Positions 42,178-54,757 of a stretch of DNA of 64,000 nucleotides are shown one piece after another; the stretch's first letter is position 1, and each line of letters opens with the position of its first letter. The position numbers were made by a program, and so were the translations under genes. The notes below the pieces were generated by a model. That model had not been told where the DNA came from and searched no databases. It saw only the letters and a program-made list of their open reading frames with translations. This stretch comes from Prorocentrum cordatum. Its lineage: Eukaryota. The stretch spans positions 992,001-1,056,000 of the forward strand of contig CAUYUJ010000114.1 in NCBI GenBank assembly GCA_963575745.1, in the 5' to 3' direction.

Positions 42178-42392
42178 GTCGTCGTCGTCGTCGTCGTCGT
42201 CGTCGTCCTCGTCGTCCTCGTCGTCCTCGTCGTCCTCGTCGTCCTCGTCGTCGTCGTCGTCATCGTCGTCGTTGCCGTCGTCATCGTCGTCATCGTCATC
42301 GTCGCCGCCGCCGCCAGCGTCGTCGCCGCCGCAGCTGTCGTCGTCGTCGTTGTCGTCGTCGTCGTCGCCGTCGTCGTTCGTAGTCATCGCCG

Positions 42393-42423
<31 letters not shown>

Positions 42424-42425
42424 TG
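42178..42425. repeat. (GTC)n microsatellite
   Basis: Directly visible. Confidence 0.97.
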
Positions 42426-45400
42426 TCTCTGGGACCATACCATCTGGGGGGTGGGGGCCCGAGGAATCTTGGGACCATACCATCTGGGGGGGGGGGCCGT
42501 GGGCCCGGAGCCCGGGATCATATATTGGAACATGTGGCAAATGGGGGGGGGACACCAAGAAAACATTTGGACACATGGGGAATCCGGGGAGTTGTGTGCA
42601 TTGACGTGTGTTGTTTCCTTGAGCCCCTTCAGTCAGAAGCCCTTGGGCGATCCACGCTGTGTCAGAAGCCCACGCCGAGGTCGTCACGACACGAGCCTGC
42701 CGCAGCGATCCCCCTGGCGAGGATGCCACGTCGCGCCCTGCCGAGGCTGCGACACGTAGCTAGGAAGCCTCACGACAAGGCCTGCGTCGGAGCCGGCCAG
42801 GATCGGAGGGAAATGCGGCGTGGCGATGCTGGCGCCAGATGGGATGTCGAGACGCGTCCAGGGAAGGGGGGGGGCTTCGGCAGTAACACGCGAAACCAAA
42901 GTTCGCCCGTCCCTCCACTGCACCTTCTGTTCTTCCTCCCCGCCTGTTCCCTCTCCATCTTGCCATGCCGGTGTTTCTCCGTTTTCATTGTTGCAGGCTC
43001 CCGGGGGCCCTCCAAGGACCCTGGGACAGTCAAAAAATAGCTATAAGATGTGAAAAGCTGGTCCTTGGGGGCGACGCACAGATCTAGGACCCGTTTCCCA
43101 CAGGACCCGTTTTTGTCTTGGTAACCCTTCCTTTCTGCCTCCCCATACCGTCTCCCTCTGCGACCGCCGGCCCCCCGCTCAGAGTGTTTGCTCGGCCGCG
43201 CTTGGTTGGTAGGTAGGTCGTTTTTCTTGTCGGCTGGCTGGCTGGCAACTCGGTTGGTTGGCTTGCTGTCTAAACTGATAGTTGGCACTGGATTTGGGCT
43301 ACGTGCTGGCTGGCTAGACGCGCGCCTCTAATAAGGAATGCGAGATGGTGGCCTCGAGAGCGCGCTGCCCGTGTCATGTGCGCGGGCTCGAGGGTTCGGG
43401 AGCGCGCGCGCCCCGAGCTATTTGCAAAAAGTGCGTGGCCTCGAGTCCCAAGCGAAGCGGGGCTGGGTGGGGTGGGGTGGGGTCGGGGGGGGGGCGCGAA
43501 CGACGCCCCCCGACACACATCGCAAAACAGAACGTGACAGTGCTGCTGCTCTGGAGAAGGGTGGCGCTTCTGGGCAACTTCCGTCGGGGTGGGTAATAAT
43601 GTACAAGGAACGAAGCTTCGGGAGCGCCAGCGCGTAGGAATCTACGACGGAGTGCGGCTTCGGGGGCGCATATTTGCAATCTTGTGCAAGGGTTTCTGGC
43701 CTCAGGGGCGCGAGCCTGGCGTAACTTCAGATGGATTGTAGCTTGGGGAGCTGGCGTAATGTGCGAGGGATTGCTGCCTCGGGGGGCGCGAATCTGTTTC
43801 TTGGGTGCTTTTTAGAACCTCTCGACAGCGTCTTTGGGGCGCCTCGGAGGCTCTTGGGGCCTCCCTGGGTTGTCTGAGGGCGCTATTGGGCCGTCTGGGC
43901 GCTTTCGGAGTTCGTCTTGGGGGGCTATCTAGGGGTCCTCAAGGGCCGTCCGAGGGCTCCCTTGAGCAGTTGGGGTCCTCTTGGACCGCTTTTGGGTATT
44001 CTTGGAACCCTGTCAGGTTTTTTGGGGGAGCCCTCTCGAGGCCCTCGTGGGCCGTCTTGAAGCCATTTTGGGGGCTTCTGGGGCCGCCGTGACCAGACGG
44101 AAACCCGCAAAGACGAGAATGCGAACAGCGCCGAACTACCTAAGGAATGTCTCCGGGGACCAAGTGGATGCTCTTAAATATCTCAGGCTGTCGTGACCAG
44201 TCTTTGAGATGGCAACCGCTGCTGGCATCCTAGCTCCACTCTTCAGCGCGCCGGGCCCTGGCCACCTGGCATGGTGGCGGCCCTCTGCGCGGCCTTGGCG
44301 GAGGCGGGCCCTGGCGTTCTGCTGGAACTGGCGCGCGGGGCCGTGGCCAACGCGGCGCGGGTGGCGTTCGCGGGGCCGCTGTCGCGCTCCGCCCCCCACC
44401 CGGCGTCGCGCGCGCCCTGCCCGGGCTGCCCGCCAGCGCCGCCGTGCCCAGCGTGCGCTTCTAGAGGCGGCGGCAGCGTGTCGACCCGCGACTGTGGCGC
44501 GGTTCGACGGCGACGGATGGACTCATGAACGGCTGCTGCTGTGGCCCGTCCACATAGACCGCCGTCGCGAGTGCTGGGCGCTCGCGACCACCGACGGCGA
44601 TCGCTACGTTGAGCGGCGCGCGGACAGGGTCTGGCGCACCTTGCTGATCCATGGCTGGCCCGAGGGGTTCCGCGACAACGCGGTGCGCTTCCGCAGCGAG
44701 ATCGACCGCGGGACCCCGCGCCACGCACGGCGGCGCGGGGCTCGATGGCCCACGAGACCGCCGCGGCGAAAGAGGCGGCGAGGCCCTGGGCGCGCAGTTC
44801 AGCGGCTGCGAGGGCTGCGCCCGCCCGATGCCGCCCAGGTTCTGGAATGCGCGCGGCGCGATGCAGGCCTTGCTGCGGCGCTGGTCGGTGAGCGGGCTGG
44901 AGCTGGATATCGCGGTTGGCCACTTCGCACGATTTGGCCCGATCCGCCGCGAGAGTCAGCTGCTTCCGAAGCCCACACCGTGCACCGCTTCATCCAGAGA
45001 CACTACTTCGAGCGGGGCGCGATGGATTTCCTGCGCGCAGACTGGGGCGCTGCGTGGCTTCCAGGAGTCTACCAGTCGGACGCCCCCCTCGACGGCTCCG
45101 GGCTGGCTCGCTCGCTGCGGGGCCCTGAGGAGGGGGGCCGCGCGGGCCGAAAAGCGGGGCGATCTCGCTATCGCCCGGGCGCGGAAACCGCGCCGCGGTG
45201 GCCGCTGGGCTGCAGGCGCTGGCCGACGCGGCCGCCGGGCCGCGCGGCGCCCGGGCGCCGCGCATCTCGGAGGAGGAGGTGGCGCGGCGGAGCGTGGACT
45301 ACGACTTCAAGGGGGCGCCCGCGGAGCTGCTGCGCGCCGACCGCTCGCGGACAGACCGCCGGGCCTTCCAGGAGGGCATCCTGGATCTCGAGGGCCGGGC

Positions 45401-46221
45401 CGCGGTCGAGGCCGCGGGGCGGGTGGCTCGATCGCGCGCTGGGCGAGACGGTCGGCTTCTCCAGCTGGGGGGGCAACGCGGCCGCGGCCCTTGCCTTCTC
45501 TCGGTCGCGAGCCCGCGACTTCAAGCTGCTACCAATGATTCGACGGGCTGCGGCGTGCTCGTTCGGGCGCTTCATGTATAAGTGGACCCTCAATTCAATG
45601 GCAGCGACGAGGGCTGCATTGTTTGCGCGGCAATCTGATGCCGACAAATGCGCGACTCACTTGCTATCCAGTGTCCGAGGGTTCTCCTGATACCAGCCGA
45701 TCGCTACGTCTGCAGTCATCTGGGCCCGAGGTTGCGGGCCGCCCCGGCGCCCCGCCAGCCAGCGAGCGGGGCCCAGCGGCCGCCGAGGATTTGGCCGCAG
45801 GCCGGCGCCCCGGCGCGGGCGTTAAATTGACGCGAGGGCTGCCGGCGCCCCCGGGGCTCGCGCGCCCGGGCAGAGCTGCCTCCTGGAGCCCGAGCCCGCG
45901 CCGGGCTCGAACCCTGAGTCGGGAGGCTTGCAACGGCTTGGCGAGGCGAGCAAGGCCAGACGCACTCCTGCCTGGAGCGAGCACCCGAGACGGGCCGGGC
46001 CCGCGCGGCGGCGGGCCTCCTCCGCAGCGCCAACGCCGCGGCCGCGACCGCCGCTGCCGCCAAGGACGCCGGGGGGAGCCGCTGTGAGGAGGGGCTTCCC
46101 GGCCGCGAGTCAACGCGGGCCGACGCCCGCAGCGCCGAGGCGAGGGCGCGTCGCATGGCCCGCGAGGAGCTGCCGCCGGGCTAGGTGGCCACGCAAGTGC
46201 GTCCCCTGATTCGCCCGCCGG

Positions 46222-46900
46222 ATGAATGACGAGTTCCGCGCAGGCCGCCGGGCTTGGCGCGGCAGGGGCTTGTTGGCGGCGGCCACGTTCGTCTTCCAGG
46301 GCTGTAGCCGCAGCGGGTGGAGGAAGCTCCCCCAGGCCTTCGGCCGCCTGAAAGGCCGGCGAATATTCGGCCCGCCCATGAATCGGACGTTGCTGCCTGG
46401 GCTCACGTGGGCCGCTCTCGCGCTGCACCTGACGCGGCAGTGGCGCTGTCTCACCGCGGCGGGCGTTGAAATGATGCTGGGGGACTACCTGCGGCCGTCG
46501 GAGCTCCCATCGCTCCCGCGTCTGTCGCCGCTGCTGGTCCAGGACAAAACGGATGAGGCCGACGGCGCAGGGGCGGTGGGCTCGGCGAGGGCCCTGCTAC
46601 GGCTAGACCGCGCGCTCAGGCTGTCTGGCACTTCGGTCGGGGCCCTGTCTCGGGGCGCGTCTTCCTGCGGGAGCACAGCCAGATGTTTGCGCGGACGGCG
46701 GCGGCCCCGGGCTCCGAGATGGCGCCATGTCTCGGCCGCCGCAGCGGAAACTCGATCGATCGATCTCACCGAGAGCGCAGCTTGGACGAGCGCATGGAGA
46801 GGGGCTGCCGGCGAACGGCCTAGCCAGAGCGTGGCGAGATGCGCGAAGACGGGGCGGCACAACGACGCACGGCGGGAGTCGGGCGAGGCGCGGCTGGCCC
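46222..46900 (+). pseudogene. Tyrosine recombinase remnant
   Basis: LK GRR..P..R..LP..WAALA..MLGDYLRPSEL (box I Arg); catalytic Tyr region decayed (SVARC). Confidence 0.7.
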
Positions 46901-47009
46901 GCGCCCTCGACTGCGATCGCCCGCTCAGAAGGCGCGTCGCGCGCGAGCGCCCCCAGCCGGGGCCGGCGACGAAGCCGTGGTTTTTGTTGCCCCCAAGCTT
47001 TTCAGCTTT

Positions 47010-47700
47010 TCAGCGGCGCAGGCTGCGCGGCCGCAGCCGCAAGGGGCGCTGGCCGCTGCTCGCGAGAGCGGGGCATCGAGGCGGGGCCGGCCAGCAGCCC
47101 CCTTCGCACCTGTGCCGAGGCCATCCTGCGATCGCGCATCCTGTCAAGTCTGGCAATGGCCGCGGTGCTGGTCACGCCTTGTACTTCCTTTTCAGCGGCG
47201 CAAGATGCCAATGCGCCGCTGCGCAGCCGAGAGAGCCCGCGGGGCTTCCCCCGCGCCCCCAGAATCTAGCAAGAGAGAGTCGACCTAATTCGGCAAGGCC
47301 TGTCTTGAGCTGACGCTCCGAATGATTCGCTCGTGCGTCTGAATGCGCGCCCCGTTCTGACTCGAGCATCCTCGCAGCAGTTATATGTGGCTTGGCCTTG
47401 CTTTAATGTCAGCGCTGTCGTGCGCCCACGGTAGGGTGGTCGCGATCAATCGCTGCAGCCGCGGCACCCCCCCACAGGAAATGGCCGCGAGAGTCTTCGG
47501 GGGCTCCGATCTTGATTCGGGACTCCCAGGCCAGCCTGGGTCCGTTTCGCGCGCGGGGTGGCATGGCTTGCGCCTTTTCTCCGACAAGAATCACGTCAGT
47601 CTGGAGGGGCGGAGTGCGCGGGGGGGCCGCTGGCAACCCGCGAAAGACCGCTTCCGCCCTTGCTCGGGCCCTGCATTTGCACAGCTGGAATGACAAGTGC
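47010..47700 (+). pseudogene. C5 DNA methyltransferase-like remnant
   Basis: TPCTSFSAA..LRSRESPRGFP (motif IV PC), later NRCSRGTP. Frameshifted. Confidence 0.55.
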
Positions 47701-48689
47701 TCGATCTGATTCATTATCGCACTTACTGTGCTGATGCCCGTTGGCATCCGTGCCCCATGGCTGTGAACTTCCGCCTGGGACGAACGGACACACATATATA
47801 TATATGTATGTATGTATGTCTGTATGTATTATGTATATACATACATAGATATATATATATATATATATATGTTCGAATGGAATCGCGAGCCAGGCCCTTC
47901 AGTCGGGCGCGCTCATCCGCTTTGCGCTTCAATGGCGAAACTTCAGGGCCTAACTGACAGCATATTATGTTTTCCTCCGAGAGTTAACAGAGCAGGCTTG
48001 TGGGGGGGCACGCGAATGCTCTTAAATGCATGGCGTTCCCGTGACCAGTTTTGAGATGACAATCTCTGCTGCTATCTTGGCTCCGAGCTTCCCTTCCGCA
48101 CCGCCCTCCTAAAGAGGGTGAGCAGACACGCGCTAAACATCCGAATTGGGTCGCAAACCAGGCCCCTCCGTCGGGCACGATCATCCCTTTATTCCAGCGG
48201 CGCATCTCCAGGGCCTACCTCGCAACAGTAGATGTTATCCGCCTGGAGTACAAACAGCAAGTCGATGCTGCTGGCATATTCGGGCGTTGCTGGGGGTCCT
48301 CTAGGAGCCCTCTGGGGCCGTCTCGAGATCCTTTCGGTCAGTCTTGACGCGAACTTGGGCCACTTTGAGGCCATCATGGGCTGCCGTGGAGGCATTTTGG
48401 ACCATCTTGGCTGCTTTGGTGGCTTGCTTGGGTTGTTTTAGAAACCGTTGTGGGTATGTTGGGCGCTCTGGGGAGCGCCAGGGAGAGATTAGGGCGCCCA
48501 TGGGGCCTCGGGAGGCAGGTGGGGGCGATGCTAGCACATGGGTGACGGTACAGAGGGCACCCTTAGAATGATTACACAAACCCTTCCAGGCAGCACTGAG
48601 CATCCTACCACGCCTCAGCGGACGCAACTCCGCCACGGATGAGGAGGAGCAGGCCACAACGCGAAGGCGGCTGGGGTGAACAGGAGGAA

Positions 48690-49380
48690 GGACGGGAGGA
48701 GGAGGAGGGGGAGGAAGAGGAGGAGGAGGACGAGGAGGAGGAGGAGGAGGAGGAGGAGGAAAAGGAGGAGCAGGACGCAACGCGAGGAGGTTTGGGGAGG
48801 AGGGGGAGGAGAGAGAGGAGGAGGAGGAGGAGGAGGAGGAGGAGGAGAAGCAGGACGCAACGCGAGGAGGTTTGGGGAGGAGGAGGAGGAGGAGGAGGGG
48901 AGGAGGAGGAGGAGGAGGAGGAGGAGGAGGTGGAGGTGGAGGTGGAGTGGGGGAGGGGGGCGACGCAAAGGGAGGAAATCTAACGGGAAGGGAACGCAGG
49001 TGCGCCGCGGAGGATGAGGGGGGACAGCGCGAGGTGGTCTGGAGGGGTGGGTCGAAGGAGGAGGAGGAGGAGGAGGAGGAGGAGGTGGACGGGGGGCCTT
49101 TTTCCAGTCTTCCTTTGCCTTTCTTTCTGGGCGTGGGTGGTCCCTTCCCGTCCTCCTCTCCCCTTCCCTCCTTTCCTCCAGCCCGTAGCCTACGGGAGGA
49201 GGTGGAGGCCTCCCGCCTTCCTCCTTTCCTCCAGCCTGTAGCCTACGGGAGGAGGAGGAGGAGGAGGAGGAGGAGGAGGAGGAGGAAGAAAAGCGGAGGA
49301 GGAGGAGGAGGAGGAGGAGGAGGAGGAGGAGGAGGAGAAGCAGGAGGAGGAGGAAGAGGAGCAGGAGGAGGTGGAGTACG
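48690..49380. repeat. (GAG)n-rich low-complexity tracts
   Basis: Directly visible; a similar tract lies at 56190-56300. Confidence 0.95.
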
Positions 49381-49779
49381 AGGCAGTTCCGCCGCGGCCG
49401 CCCGCGGGCCTCCGCCCGCCGCCCGCGTCGCGACTGCAGCGGGGCCGGGGGCGCGCCGCGTTTGGCGGCCCGGCCGACGACCTCCTCCCGAGGAGCCTCG
49501 GGGGGGGCTGTGGAGGTCGCTGTCTGCGTCTCGGGCCGGACGAAAGGGGGGGATATTGGGAAGAGGGGGGGTTACGAAATTTGCTGCATGCAGCTGGGTT
49601 CGGCCTCACCGAGGGGCCCATTCCTCGATACATAGCCGCCTCCGGCGCTGAGAAAATCAGCTACGTGAGCTGATTCTCAAACCTCCCCTTTTGTTATCCC
49701 CCCCTTTCGCCCGACCCGAGCGTCTCAGCGGCACCGCAACGGGTGCTCACTGCACCCGTAAGGCTTGTGAAGAAAAACA

Positions 49780-49965
49780 GCTTCCAGATCAGAGCCTGAG
49801 CTTTCCTCGCACATCTGAGCGAATCTGGAATCCAAGGTCGACGATGGAGGACGGCACCGACGACAAACATGAGTTGTGCTTGATGTGGTTCCATAGCTTC
49901 ACGGTGATTGCAGGTTTCGCCAAACCTGGACGATTGGTTAAGAACGCAAGAGTTGCAGAGTACGT
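49780..49965 (-). pseudogene. Possible SWIB/MDM2-like domain fragment
   Basis: YSATLAFLTNRPGLAKPAITVKLWNHIKHN aligns without gaps to the SWIB pattern LS..LA.......R..V...LW.YIK.N; an in-frame stop follows. Confidence 0.35.
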
Positions 49966-50084
49966 CTTCTGAGGTTGAAGATGTTCTCCAAATTGGATTT
50001 CGTTGTCAGGTCCGCCGCCTTGTGGTCGCCGTCGCATCCCCGTCGCCGCCGCTCGATTGCCCCCCCTGCCCCGCTGGTTGATTT

Positions 50085-50530
50085 GCTTTGTTTTGCATGA
50101 CTTCGTAATGCTTTGCATTGCTTTGCGTTGCTTTGCATTCCTTTGCATTCCTTTGCATTCCTTTGCATTGCTCTGCGCTGCTTTACATTTCTTTGCACTG
50201 CTGTGCGTTGCTTCGCACTGCTTTGCACTGCAGTGCATTGCTGTACGGTGCTTTGCATTGCTGTTGATGTATGTTGTTCTGCAGTGCTCTGCATTGGCTT
50301 GCATTGCTTGGCGTTGCTTCGCATTGCTTCGATTTGCATTGCTCTGCATTGCTTTGTATTTCCTGGCATTGGTTTGTATTCATGTGCACTTATTTGCGCT
50401 GCTTTCCATACTTTGCGTTGCTGTGAGCTGATTTGCATTGCTAGCAGTGCTTTGCATTGCTCTGTGCCGCATCGATTGCACCACATGGGCTGCACCACAT
50501 AGATTGCACCACATGGGTTGCACCACCTAG
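50085..50530. repeat. Degenerate pentamer/decamer repeat (GCTTTGCATT)n
   Basis: Directly visible. Confidence 0.92.
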
Positions 50531-51793
50531 ATTGGATCGCAAAGGTTTGGTTGGGGTGCAAGCTGGCTGGCATCGCAGTACTAGTCTCTAGTGTAACGAG
50601 TCCTTTGGAAACCAGCCGAAAGTTTCCCTTCTACAGAGCCTTTTTAGTGCATTGCAGCGTTGCCCGCATCGGGAAGCGTCGGGTCCGCCAGGTCGCTGGC
50701 CAAAGTACACGTCAGTAAAGTCCTTGTCTGGAGTCTGGTGGGCGTTGTGCGCCAGCCAGCTCGGCCAGAGCGCCGGATCATGCCTCGGAGGAGGGCCAGT
50801 CGAGACAACGGCGGCGCTCCCTGGCGTTGCAAGTCCTTATCGGGCCTTCCAGAGGCTTCTCGTCGCCACGGCAGGATCCACCTCGAAAGACAAGTCAGGA
50901 TGGACCACCGGAGGGGCCCAGGGACCGCTTTCGAGCGGGTGTGGGCTGGGCGGGAGAGGCGCCGCTGTCTCAACTGGCCCCCCTCCGGCTGCAGCATCCT
51001 GCAGAGCCGGGCTTGGGCTGAGCCGGGTTTGTTGAAGGCCAGTCGCGGCCCTGCAGGTGGCCTCACGAGTTGGTCGTGCCGGTTTTGAGAAGCCTCCCAC
51101 GAAGCTGCAGCGCTGTTTTTTCTTCTACACTGGTCGAGCCGGGCTTGCGCCGAGCCGGCTCGTTCCACGACCGATTGCGGTGAGTTTCGGCCCCGACGGC
51201 GTCATCCATATTTTCGTCGGCTTTCGGCAGTTCTTCGGCCTCGGGATGCTTTCCAGCAGCTGCGCCTCTCGGAGGGTATCAATGTATACACCACGTCGTC
51301 TTGTCGGCCAAGGAGCCAAGGAGTTCAGCGAAGAATTTTTGTGTATAGACGCTCTAGCGTCCCACAGGGGGGGGTCTATACACGGAGCTCCTTGGCATAC
51401 ATTTCGAGCCCGTCCCAGCCTGGCCAAGAGCGCTCCGCTGATGCCCGAATCGTCCCGAGCGGCGTCCGGAGACGCGAATTATGTGACCCGGTCCGAGTGC
51501 CAGAGGACGAGGATCAGTCGGTGGGGATCGGGGAAGGGGGGGGTGCGAATCTTGCTGCATGCGCTGGCTTCTGCAATGCCGCCGAGAACTTTCGTCGATG
51601 CGTTGGTGCCTCTTGCGCCTGGAGGTGCTGGGAAAGTCAGACCAGCCGCGTGAGTTGGTTCATTAGCCCTGAGAAGCGACAGCATGGCCGAACAGCCCAG
51701 GGGCGGGCATTGCGCGCATTCGCCAGGGAGCCTCGCTGACGACATGGACCATCGGCGCCCGGATCCCATCTATTGCTCCCTGGGCTATTCTCT

Positions 51794-52042
51794 AGGCCTC
51801 GTAGATGGGGTCGGAATAGATGGGATCGGAGGATCGCGCCGCATCGCCGATGCATCGGCGATGCATCGGCGATGCGGCTCGATGTGGGGCCCAATTTTCT
51901 CCACGCCGACGTCGCGGATGTATCGCCGACGTCGCCAGTGCATGGCCGCCGCATCGCCGATGCATCGGCGATGCATCGCCGATGCATCGGCGATGCGGCG
52001 ATATCCTCCGACCCCATCTACTCGGACCCTATCTGGAGGCCT
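51794..52042. mobile_element. Fold-back element with long TIRs built from palindromic GCATCG(C/G)CGAT units
   Basis: AGGCCTC.TAGATGGGGTCGG... is mirrored by ...CCGACCCCATCTA...GAGGCCT. Confidence 0.78.
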
Positions 52043-52989
52043 CTATATTCGCCCCCCTCGTCGCCTCCGAAGCCCGCCCTCTTGGCCATCCCCCCCCACA
52101 CCTCTCGTCCGAGCCCCGGCAGCTGGCGGCGCGCACCCCCAGGAAGGAGTGCTGCCCTCAAGAGCAAGCCTCAGGGGCGCATGGGCTCCGCGTCTTGCAA
52201 CGCGCCTTGGAGTGGTCTCTCGATGTTCTATTCACGACTATCTTGGAGGACTGAGCACAGAGCGGGTAGTGGGCAGGTAGGATGTGCGTTCGGCGCATTT
52301 TCTGTAGCTGAAGAAGAAGAAGATGGCTCGGAATCTCTTTGGGATGCGATGTCCGCGCCACGGAGTCCTACGCGCGCGTGGTGGCAAGAGGCAGGGGGCT
52401 CTCGAGTGCCTCGTCGGATGCTCCATGGTGGCCCCCAGTTGGGAGGTATCGGGCCGGCTTGTCGGAGATGGATGCGCGCCCTTGACGTTCATTCACCGCC
52501 GACGGGTGCCCGATAGGCACACCGCGCGCAGGAGCGTACGGCACACCGCGCGCAGGAGCGTACGGGTGCCCGATAGGCACACTTTCGCCCAGAACCCGCC
52601 TGTATGGGGGACATGCCCGACCTGAGCGTACGGACTCGCTGCGGGGGGCCCATCTCTCCGATCAGTCGGCGCTGCATCGCCGATAGTCGAGCTCGAGGTT
52701 CCCTCCCAATGTCAGCGACTGCAAGGGGTGCGGTTACGCCAGGGTGCGGTTTGCGATCGGCGCCGTGGGGGCCTGGAGGGCACGACACTGTCCTCGTCGG
52801 GCCTCCTCGGGGCGCGGCGGGGAACTCCATCGAGGCACCCGCCCGCCCCCCATGGTGCCCCCCAGGGTGCCGATTGCAAACCACACCCTTTGCCAGCCGC
52901 ACCCTTTGGAGTCGCCGACAATGAGCCAGTCCTCCCCTGTCGCTGCCTTGTTGCCCACTCCCTCCGCCGCCTCGGCGACCTGGATTTAG

Positions 52990-53140
52990 GTCGGGCCTGT
53001 CCCTCTACTGGGGGAAGATTCAAAAATAGTCCAAAAATAGTCTGGGGACTATGTTTTGACAATGTTTCATGGTTTTTATTGTATGTTTGGGATCTCCTAA
53101 TTTTTCGTCCAAGATTGGCCTGTAGGGGGACAGGCCCGAC
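52990..53140 (+). mobile_element. MITE, same family as 17147-17302
   Basis: GTCGGGCCTGTCCC ... GGGACAGGCCCGAC; shared AAATAG.CTGGGGACTAT core. Confidence 0.8.
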
Positions 53141-53269
53141 TTGAACCTGGATTGGCTGGCTTCACAGGCCACCGTGGATCAACGCAGGGAAACCTTTTGG
53201 GCGCCTCGCTGGAAGGCTGAATGGCGCTCTTGCGGCTCCGCCTGCGTCCGCCTCCTCTGAGCGGGGTAG

Positions 53270-54757
53270 ACTCATGCGAACCCCGCTACTGGCGCCTTGT
53301 GAGGGGTGTGCCGAAATGGGCGGGGTATACGCATGCGAACACTGCCACTGCGGCCTTCGGTGGAGCCCCCTCTGGGGCCACGAAACGTATGGTCGGTGTG
53401 CGAAAATGAGTGGGGGAGGCGCATGCGAACTCCGCCACTGGGCCCCTCGGTGGAGCTCCTTGTGGGGCCACAAGGCGTGTGAGAGGTGTGCCAGAATGGG
53501 TCGGGGAGACGCATGCGAACACCGCCATTGGACACCTCGGAGGGGCTCCCTAGAAGGCCGCGGATCGTAAGAGGGGTGTGCCGAAATGGGTTTGGGAATC
53601 GCATGCGAGCACCGCCTCTGGGGCCTTCGGTGCGGCCGCGAAGCGTGTGAGGGGTGTGCCGAAGCGGGCGGGGGATCCACATGCGAGCATCGCCACTAGG
53701 GCCTTCGATGGAGCTCCCCACGGGGCCACGACACGTGTGAAGGGGTATGCTGACATGGGTAGGGGAGACGCATGCGAACAATGCCATTGAAGCACCCTGT
53801 GGAGCTCACAAAAGGGCTACAAAACGCGTGAATGTTGTGCCGAAAGGGGCGGGGAGACGCATGCGAACACCACCACTGGGGCCTTCATTGAAGCCCATTT
53901 ATGGGGCCATGGAACGTGTGAGGGGTGTGCTGGAATGGGCGGGGTAGACGCATGCGAGCACCGCTAGTGAGCCTTTCGGTGGAACGCCCTACGGGGCCAC
54001 GCAACCTGGGAGGGATGTGCCGAAATGGTCGGGGGATACGCATGCGAACACCGTTATTGGGCCTTCGGTGTAGCTCCTTGTGGGGCCTTGAGGCGTGTGA
54101 GGGGTGTGCCTAAATTAGTGCACGAGACGCGTGCGAACTCCGCCACGGGCTCCGTATGGGCTCACAAAGCGTGTGAGGGGTGTGCCGAAATGGGCCCGGG
54201 AGACGCATGCAAATACCGCCATTGGGCCCTTCGGTGGGTGTGCCAAAGTGATTGTCAGAAACGGGCGAATGGGGTCTTTGGAAATGGGGCCGCGAAACGT
54301 GCGCGCAATAATTCCTGCACTAGTGGGAAACGATCACATACATCGCACCGTGCCTCGTGCAATAGTCGGAGTGCAATAGTTTGCTCGCGCGAGCGCAATA
54401 GCTTATCTCTGCGATGCAATAGTGTGTGTTCCTGGTTTCTTTTGCGAGCAATAATTTGCAATAGTTGGCCTGCCACGATGCAATAGTTGCGCGTGGTCAT
54501 ACAATATGACGCAATGCTTGAGCCCGCGGGCGCAATCGTTTGCAATAGTTGCGCGCAGTAGCTCCACGCAGCGAACTACTGCAGCTGCGGTTTGCGGCCC
54601 CATTTCCAAATACCTCATTTCCCCAGAACCAAGGTTGGTGCGGATGGCAGAGGCAGGGATGAGAGGAGGAAGAGGGCAGCGGGAGAGAAGGAAGGAGACT
54701 CGCTGCGCTGTCTCTTCAAAGCGAGGACCCAATACCACAGGACGTTTGGGAACAAAA
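53270..54757 (+). mobile_element. SINE-like element: ~11 tandem 90-bp units, a purine tract and a conserved tail
   Basis: GCATGCGA(A/G)C at 53331, 53421, 53511 and 53601 (period 90). The tail is shared with 40478-40590. Confidence 0.78.
54262..54625. mobile_element. MITE with TIR ..TTTGGAAATGGGGCCGC and internal GCAATAG repeats
   Basis: Inverted match between 54268-54298 and 54590-54619; it interrupts the SINE-like element. Confidence 0.7.

Larger units (their letters stand above)
44168..48092 (+). mobile_element. Decayed, internally deleted DIRS-like (tyrosine recombinase) retroelement with a cytosine-methyltransferase-like tail
   Basis: In order: gag-like HERLLLWPV..TDGDRY (~44520), RT C-terminal/RNase H remnants (44790-45630; SDA, EGILDLEGRA, AFSRSRARDFKLL, FNGSDEG), YR (YLRPSE at 46486, SVARCAK), PCTSFS at 47177. 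A diverged ~75-bp direct repeat lies at 44168-44243 and 48016-48092. Confidence 0.75.

Noticed and set aside
50600..51720. Possible decayed coding sequence (also 13700-13860, 55090-55440 and 62350-62600)
   Set aside because: Complex composition, but no motif I can support by eye.
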